Origin: Elusimicrobia bacterium CG08_land_8_20_14_0_20_51_18
Lineage (GTDB): Bacteria; Elusimicrobiota; Elusimicrobia; Elusimicrobiales; UBA9959
Reading direction: 5' to 3'
DNA length: 32,353 bases
NCBI GenBank assembly: GCA_002774685.1
Contig: PEXN01000068.1
Coordinates: 1 to 32,353, forward strand
Below the pieces are notes generated by a model. That model saw nothing but the letters and a program-made list of their open reading frames with translations, was not told the origin of the DNA and did no database searches. Both the position numbers and the translations under genes were made by a program. Of the stretch, positions 27,679 through 32,353 are shown piece after piece (position 1 is the first letter of the stretch; each line of letters begins with the position of its first letter).

Positions 27679-29118
27679 TTATTCCTCCATTATCCGTCTC
27701 TCCGCCTTGGGAGAGAGTTCCTTGTGATTCCTGAAGTACCAGAGGGCCGCGTCCAGCGTTTTTCTCGGGAGAACCGAGAACTCCGTAGAATGGGAAAGAA
27801 TCGAGTAATCGTCGTTTATCAGGCTTTGCGGTATCAGGAACCTGTAGATCTTCCCGTCGTTTACGGGTCTGCCGTTTATGAGTATTTTGGTTATTTCTTT
27901 TCCGTTCCTGACGACCTTGAGCCCCGAGACGCTTATTTTCCGCCCGGCCAGTTTTCCCAGCAGGCCGGGAATGTCCGAGCCCCTGACCTTGGTGTAAGTA
28001 AGGTTGTCTTCCGGCCCGAGTATCTCATAGAGGTCTCTTACTTTTATCTCTCCGGCTTTCAGGCCCCTTTTTATGGGCGAATAGTTTATTATGGCCCCGT
28101 TGCATTTTATATAACTTTTGATCGAGTCGGCCAGAAGGTCTCCCAGAGGGGAGTACCCGTCTTTTTCGGCTTCGATGTCGGCCGAGGCCCTGGAAATAGT
28201 TTTGTCGAAATAGCCCGCGGTCCTTTCCCTTATCTCCGAGATGGTTTTTACAAAATCTTCCCGTACCGCCCGTCCCTTGAGCTCGGCGGGCGAAAGAGGG
28301 AAGACTTTCAAGTCTTTAGTTTTAAAATTGGAGTTGCCGCTGAGACGGGCCCTGAAGGCCGGGGCTCCCTTCAGCCCCGAAGGCATTACCCAGACGTTTT
28401 TAAGCTTGAAGGGGTCGAAGGTCCAGGAGCCTGAAAGTATTATGAGATCCGGCTTTGAAACCATCAGGGAAAAAGCCGTTTCAAGATGTTTTTTCAGGGT
28501 TTTAAGGTCTTCGAAACCGGAATTGAGGACGAGGACCTTGAGGTCGCAGTCCCTTTTTATCTTTTCAATGTTCCGGTTTATTTCGTAGATCGGGTTTTCT
28601 ATTTTATAGGCGTGATCATAGGATTGTTTGTCCGGTTTTTCGGGGTCTTTCAATATGGTTGCGACGAGGCCCACCCTGGTTTTGCCCGCGCTTATTATGA
28701 GATGCCTTTTAAGTTTCTCCGGGGTCTTCCCGTTTTTCCAGTAGACGTTGGAGGAAAGGGCTTTCCCATCCAGCTTTTCTATGACGGCGGCAAGTTCCTT
28801 CGGCGGCAGTTTCAGCGCGTCGCTGTCTACGACGACGGCGTCCATCCCGAAGGCCTTCAGCGCTTCGGCGGTATCGGCGCCGGCCGTATACCTGTTTTCT
28901 ATGTGGTTTTGGGAGAAGGAGCCGCCGGCATCCAGGAAAATTTTGTCCGGGTCCTGCGAGTCCCGGAGACTCTTAAAAAGAAGAAGATCTTTTTCCCCGC
29001 TGTCCCAGACGAGTTTGTGGAAGCCGGAAGCCACGTAAATGGAAAAGCCTTCTTTCTTCTGGCAGGAAAACAGCGCTAAACTACAAAGCAATAATAGGTA
29101 AAGGTTTTTTGTTCTCAT
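27679..29118 (-). CDS. Lipoprotein paralog of 5'-nucleotidase with a degenerate metallophosphatase domain and a retained C-terminal nucleotide-binding domain
   Basis: The lipobox is LALFSC. The C-terminal domain is similar to the neighbouring enzyme (SPLGDLLADSI vs SPIGNWMTDVM; IKVRDLYEILG vs IKIRDIFQVMP). The N-terminal metal-ligand motifs are lost: SGFHK for SDVHG, AGGSF for SGDMF, and no GNHD or GGHNH. Confidence 0.65.
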   Translation of the reverse strand: MRTKNLYLLLLCSLALFSCQKKEGFSIYVASGFHKLVWDSGEKDLLLFKSLRDSQDPDKIFLDAGGSFSQNHIENRYTAGADTAEALKAFGMDAVVVDSDALKLPPKELAAVIEKLDGKALSSNVYWKNGKTPEKLKRHLIISAGKTRVGLVATILKDPEKPDKQSYDHAYKIENPIYEINRNIEKIKRDCDLKVLVLNSGFEDLKTLKKHLETAFSLMVSKPDLIILSGSWTFDPFKLKNVWVMPSGLKGAPAFRARLSGNSNFKTKDLKVFPLSPAELKGRAVREDFVKTISEIRERTAGYFDKTISRASADIEAEKDGYSPLGDLLADSIKSYIKCNGAIINYSPIKRGLKAGEIKVRDLYEILGPEDNLTYTKVRGSDIPGLLGKLAGRKISVSGLKVVRNGKEITKILINGRPVNDGKIYRFLIPQSLINDDYSILSHSTEFSVLPRKTLDAALWYFRNHKELSPKAERRIMEE

Positions 29119-29121
29119 TTC

Positions 29122-29153
29122 GCAAGTTTCAAGTTGCAGGTTGCAAGTTTCAA
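29122..29153. repeat. Direct 11-mer repeat GCAAGTTTCAA x2 (21-nt period) with interleaved GTTGCA x2 in the 50-nt spacer between the two nucleotidase paralogs
   Basis: 29122-29132 is identical to 29143-29153. GTTGCA occurs at 29133-29138 and 29140-29145. The repeat lies immediately upstream (on the minus strand) of the ATG at 29118, which has no SD. Confidence 0.7.
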
Positions 29154-29168
29154 ATTCACCTGTTTACG

Positions 29169-30728
29169 TCAGTTCAATTTCACGAATCTGCCGGTCGCCG
29201 GGGCGGAGATCTCCCCGTTCCGTTTTACCCAGTCCAGCAGGGCGTCCCGGACGGGGATCATGGTGTCCGTCATCCCTTCGCCTTCGGTAAAGGCCTTTCC
29301 GCCGCTGCCGCCGGTGGTAAGATAGTTATTGGTGACCACCCTGAATTTGTCGGCGGGCGCTATTTTCTTCCCGTTTTTTTCCAGGATGAGTTCCCCCAGT
29401 CTGTCCCCGTTCATTTCATACTTTACCGTCAGGCCTGAGACCTGCATGGCGGTCCTGACGCCCCTGAAATTGTCCCTTATGAGTTTTTCCACCTGTTTGC
29501 CGGTCATGGTCACCGTGACCAGGGTGTTTTCGAAAGGCATGACCTGGAAAATGTCGCGTATTTTTATTTCGCCTTTGTTTATGACGTTCCTTATGCCAGC
29601 CGAGTTCTGGAAGGCCAGGTCGGACTTGGTGGAAAGTCTCATGACATCCGTCATCCAGTTCCCTATCGGGGAATCGAGGCCGTTTTTACTAAGGCCTATG
29701 TCGTCTTTTGAGGTTCCGAGGAGCTTGTCCATTTCTTTGTTTACCTCGGCCGAGATCTTTTCCGTTATCGCCAGTATTTCCCCGTCTTCTCCGGTTACGT
29801 CCGTCCAGAGGGGAACCAAAGAGCACGAAACCGATTTAAGCTTGCCGGTCTCGTCGTCGAATTCAAGGTCCGCTTTCGTGATATCCGTCAGCCCCCAGTA
29901 GCTTTCGCAGATCATGGTTCCCGTTACCGGGTCTTTCCAGCCTTTTATCAGGCCGGCATGATTGTGCCCGCCGAAAACCAGGGCGGCCGTTTTGGCGTAT
30001 CTCGCCACTTCTACCGTGCCGTTCCTGACCTCCGCGTCGGATAGGGTATAGGTGGAGATATCCATCTTCCCGGTGGCTATTTTCCCCGAGATGCCTATAT
30101 GGGCCATGACTATCACGGCGTCCGGTTTAAGGGAGTTTATTTCTTCCATGTATTTGGCCGTTTCTTTGGCCTCGTCCCTGAAATAAAGGTGCTTCACGTT
30201 CGCCGGCAGGGTGCTGGTGGCGGTATGCCGGCCGGCTATGCCGAGCACGGCTATCTTCTTTCCCGCTTTTTCTATGACGATATAAGGTTTCAGGTATTCC
30301 ACCGTTTTCGCATCCTCTTTGTCCTTCTTGTAATAAACGTTGGCGCCCAGCAGGGGGAATTTAGCGGCCGCGATAAGAGCTTTCAGGTTTTCTTCGCCGT
30401 AGTCGTAATCGTGGTTGCCTACGGTTGCCGCCGAATAGCCGAGCTTGTTCATGTATTCCACGGAGGCCATGCCTTTGGTGAAATTCCCTTCCGGAGTGCC
30501 CTGGAACATGTCTCCGGAATCGAGGAGTATGTAGGGATTCCCTTCGATTTTAAGCAGATTGGAAAAAGCCGCGAAACCGCCTATGGACCTGGTGGAATTT
30601 TCCCTGTCCCATTTAGCCGGTTTCGACATATACCAGCCGTGCACGTCGCTGGTGTGATAAACGGAAATCGTTTCTGAAAAGGCGCGGGTCGCCGAAAACA
30701 GCAGGATAAGCGTTATGAGAGTCTTCAT
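29169..30728 (-). CDS. Bifunctional metallophosphatase / 5'-nucleotidase (UshA/NadN-like), secreted
   Basis: There is a signal peptide. The metallophosphatase motifs are HTSDVHGW, DSGDMFQGT, VGNHDYDYG and GGHNHAG, and a 5'-nucleotidase C-terminal domain follows. The SD is AAGGAG and the start overlaps the upstream stop (ATGA). Confidence 0.88.
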   Translation of the reverse strand: MKTLITLILLFSATRAFSETISVYHTSDVHGWYMSKPAKWDRENSTRSIGGFAAFSNLLKIEGNPYILLDSGDMFQGTPEGNFTKGMASVEYMNKLGYSAATVGNHDYDYGEENLKALIAAAKFPLLGANVYYKKDKEDAKTVEYLKPYIVIEKAGKKIAVLGIAGRHTATSTLPANVKHLYFRDEAKETAKYMEEINSLKPDAVIVMAHIGISGKIATGKMDISTYTLSDAEVRNGTVEVARYAKTAALVFGGHNHAGLIKGWKDPVTGTMICESYWGLTDITKADLEFDDETGKLKSVSCSLVPLWTDVTGEDGEILAITEKISAEVNKEMDKLLGTSKDDIGLSKNGLDSPIGNWMTDVMRLSTKSDLAFQNSAGIRNVINKGEIKIRDIFQVMPFENTLVTVTMTGKQVEKLIRDNFRGVRTAMQVSGLTVKYEMNGDRLGELILEKNGKKIAPADKFRVVTNNYLTTGGSGGKAFTEGEGMTDTMIPVRDALLDWVKRNGEISAPATGRFVKLN

Positions 30729-31207
30729 TTTTTCTCCTTTTCCAGGGCTTCGCCGAAGCCGTCCAGAAGGTCGAAAACGGCGGCTAACTCTGAATATATA
30801 CTATCAAATTTGACCGTGTTTATAAAATCTTCCCTTTCCGAATTTATCTGCCTGGAGGCCAGTCTGAGTTCTTCCCTGGCCGAGGCGTTTTCCGCCTTTG
30901 ACTCGGGTAATTTTTTACGGCTGAGAGCCGACAGCGAGCTTTTAAGACGGGCGAAGGAGAAGTTGACCGAATAGTCCGGTTTTATTTTATGGGCCTCTAT
31001 AAGAGCGAAGACCCCGCTCAGGGCCGAGACCAGGTTAAAAAGCATGATGCTCCCCGAGGCCGGCGAATTTTCGTTCTTTTCGTCCAGTCCGGGCTTCAAC
31101 CCGTTCAGGGCTTTCATTTTGGCTCCCGGCTCCGAGCCGGGAGCCGTCTCCAGTATCTTTATGACTTTTTTTACCGCGTGTTCTATTTTTTTACTCTTAA
31201 AAAACAT
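30725..31207 (-). CDS. Hypothetical protein (one hydrophobic segment)
   Basis: I preferred ATG 31207 (MFFKSKKIEH), which has a GGGAG SD 6 nt upstream, over the track start at 31276. I recognise no domain. It is translationally overlapped with the nucleotidase gene. Confidence 0.5.
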   Translation of the reverse strand: MFFKSKKIEHAVKKVIKILETAPGSEPGAKMKALNGLKPGLDEKNENSPASGSIMLFNLVSALSGVFALIEAHKIKPDYSVNFSFARLKSSLSALSRKKLPESKAENASAREELRLASRQINSEREDFINTVKFDSIYSELAAVFDLLDGFGEALEKEKK

Positions 31208-31293
31208 TTTCGGCTCCCTGACCGCGCTCTCTTCCTTCCTTATATGATTATAGCCGTCTTCCCGGCCCGCGGGCAAGGAGGAGGAAATAAAAA

Positions 31294-31319
31294 AAGGCCC
31301 CGATTCGAATCGGGGCCTT
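31294..31319 (-). terminator. Rho-independent terminator after rpsI
   Basis: AAGGCCCCGATT-cg-AATCGGGGCCTT is a 12-bp perfect stem. On the minus strand it is followed by a T-run (TTTTTTTATTT). Confidence 0.8.
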
Positions 31320-31361
31320 TTAGGGAAGAGATTCTGTACCCCATAGAGAGGGGTTACTTTA

Positions 31362-31757
31362 TTACCTCTTCGAGAACTGGAAGCGTTTTCTGGCTTTCGG
31401 TTTTCCGGGTTTCTTCCTTTCCACCATCCTGGGGTCCCTGGTGAGGAAGCCCGCCCTCTTCATGGAGAGGTGAAAGCTCTCTCCGAGGGAGGCTATGGCC
31501 CTGGCTATTCCGTGTCTTATTGCTCCGGCCTGGGAGGCGCACCCGCCGCCCCTGACCGTTATTTTACAGTCGAATTTCTGGTCCTTGACGTAATCGAAAG
31601 GAGAGGAAACTACGTGTTTAAGCCTGGGATTGTTCCCGAAAAACTTATCCATGTCTTTGGAGTTTATCGAGATATTCCCGGTTCCTCCGGGGATAAGGAA
31701 AACCTTGGCGGAGGACGTTTTTCTCCTTCCGGTGGATAGTAATTTGTTTGAAGTCAT
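31362..31757 (-). CDS. rpsI: 30S ribosomal protein S9
   Basis: GGGCASQAGAIRHGIARAI...GFLTRDPRMVERKKPGKPKARKRFQFSKR is the canonical S9 C-terminus. Confidence 0.95.
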   Translation of the reverse strand: MTSNKLLSTGRRKTSSAKVFLIPGGTGNISINSKDMDKFFGNNPRLKHVVSSPFDYVKDQKFDCKITVRGGGCASQAGAIRHGIARAIASLGESFHLSMKRAGFLTRDPRMVERKKPGKPKARKRFQFSKR

Positions 31758-31773
31758 ATGTTACCTCGTTTAT

Positions 31774-32199
31774 TTAGTTCGTTTTCTGCTTGAAATCGGT
31801 CTGTTCGCCCTTATAGAGGCGCAGCCTCTTGAGCCTTCTGTCCCTGAGCTTGTTGTCGTCCAGCATTCTTTTTACGGCGAGATAGACCACATGGGTGGAA
31901 TCGTTTTCCATCTGTCTCTTGTAAGGGATGACCTTGGCTCCGTGGGCGTAGCCCGAATGCCTGAAATAAAACTTGTCTTCGGCCTTATTCCCGGTGATCC
32001 TTATTTTGTCGGTATTCGTTATAACGACGAAATCGCCGCAGTCCATATGAGGTGTGAACTCTTTTTTGTGTTTCCCCATGAGCAGTATTGCTATTTTCGT
32101 CGACAATCTGCCAAGAACAAGGTTGGTGGCGTCTATAAAATGCCATTTTCTCTGTTTTTCAACGTCGATTACGGAGGGTAAATATGTTTTTTGCGTCAT
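31774..32199 (-). CDS. rplM: 50S ribosomal protein L13
   Basis: KWHFIDATNLVLGRLSTKIAILLMGKHKKEFTPHMDCGDFVVITN matches L13. The protein is 141 aa and lies immediately upstream of rpsI. Confidence 0.95.
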   Translation of the reverse strand: MTQKTYLPSVIDVEKQRKWHFIDATNLVLGRLSTKIAILLMGKHKKEFTPHMDCGDFVVITNTDKIRITGNKAEDKFYFRHSGYAHGAKVIPYKRQMENDSTHVVYLAVKRMLDDNKLRDRRLKRLRLYKGEQTDFKQKTN

Positions 32200-32353
32200 A
32201 ATTTATAATGCTAGCAAATTTCGGGGAGAAAAACAATCGGAACCTGCGCTTGGCGTAAGTAGTAAAGGGTAAGTGGTAAAGAGTAGTTTAGTTTAGAGAG
32301 CTTAGGAGCCGTTAAAAAACAACTGGCGTATTTGGAGGCGCAGTTTTGAGTTG

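Noticed and set aside
31294-31319. A tRNA T-arm-like GATTCGAATC
   Set aside because: It is the loop and stem of a perfect 12-bp terminator hairpin followed by a T-run. No acceptor, D or anticodon arms surround it.

Overview
This is a 32.35-kb chromosomal window from a diderm bacterium (it carries a FadL-type porin and an OmpA-type lipoprotein) of intermediate GC, probably an uncultured lineage. I found no rRNA, tRNA, CRISPR array, transposase or integrase. About 35 protein genes can be supported. (i) 0-4.5 kb is an envelope/modification cluster: SAM methyltransferase, EFR1-type flavodoxin/ferredoxin membrane protein, radical SAM/SPASM enzyme, GT4 glycosyltransferase. (ii) Next come a FadL-type outer-membrane channel, a WD40 protein, an MFS transporter and a secreted protein. 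(iii) cysE-cysK follows. (iv) A Nudix hydrolase is followed by a tightly overlapped operon: P-loop NTPase, fused double ABC ATPase, two small membrane proteins (ECF-like), anmK, a squalene/phytoene-synthase-like enzyme and an OmpA lipoprotein. (v) rplU-rpmA-obg. (vi) A roughly 2.1-kb AT-rich islet encodes two secreted proteins, one with a MepA-like LAS metallopeptidase motif. (vii) A 9-kb same-strand block holds rplM-rpsI, then a hypothetical gene, a 5'-nucleotidase, a degenerate 5'-nucleotidase paralog, a degenerate AphA-like HAD protein, HIT and rpsU-dnaG-rpoD. The most unusual signal is non-coding. Five intergenic spacers between 9.7 and 19.3 kb (plus one mini-spacer at 2.36 kb) are each closed by a long inverted repeat whose sequence is specific to that locus. 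The arms mostly sit directly against the flanking stop or start codons, and several interiors share collinear sequence blocks. I interpret these as an undescribed family of structured intercistronic RNA elements or mosaic repeats. Possible roles are long-range RBS masking, translational coupling or RNase III-type processing. Function is not established. All calls come from reading the sequence and ORF track by eye; no searches were run.
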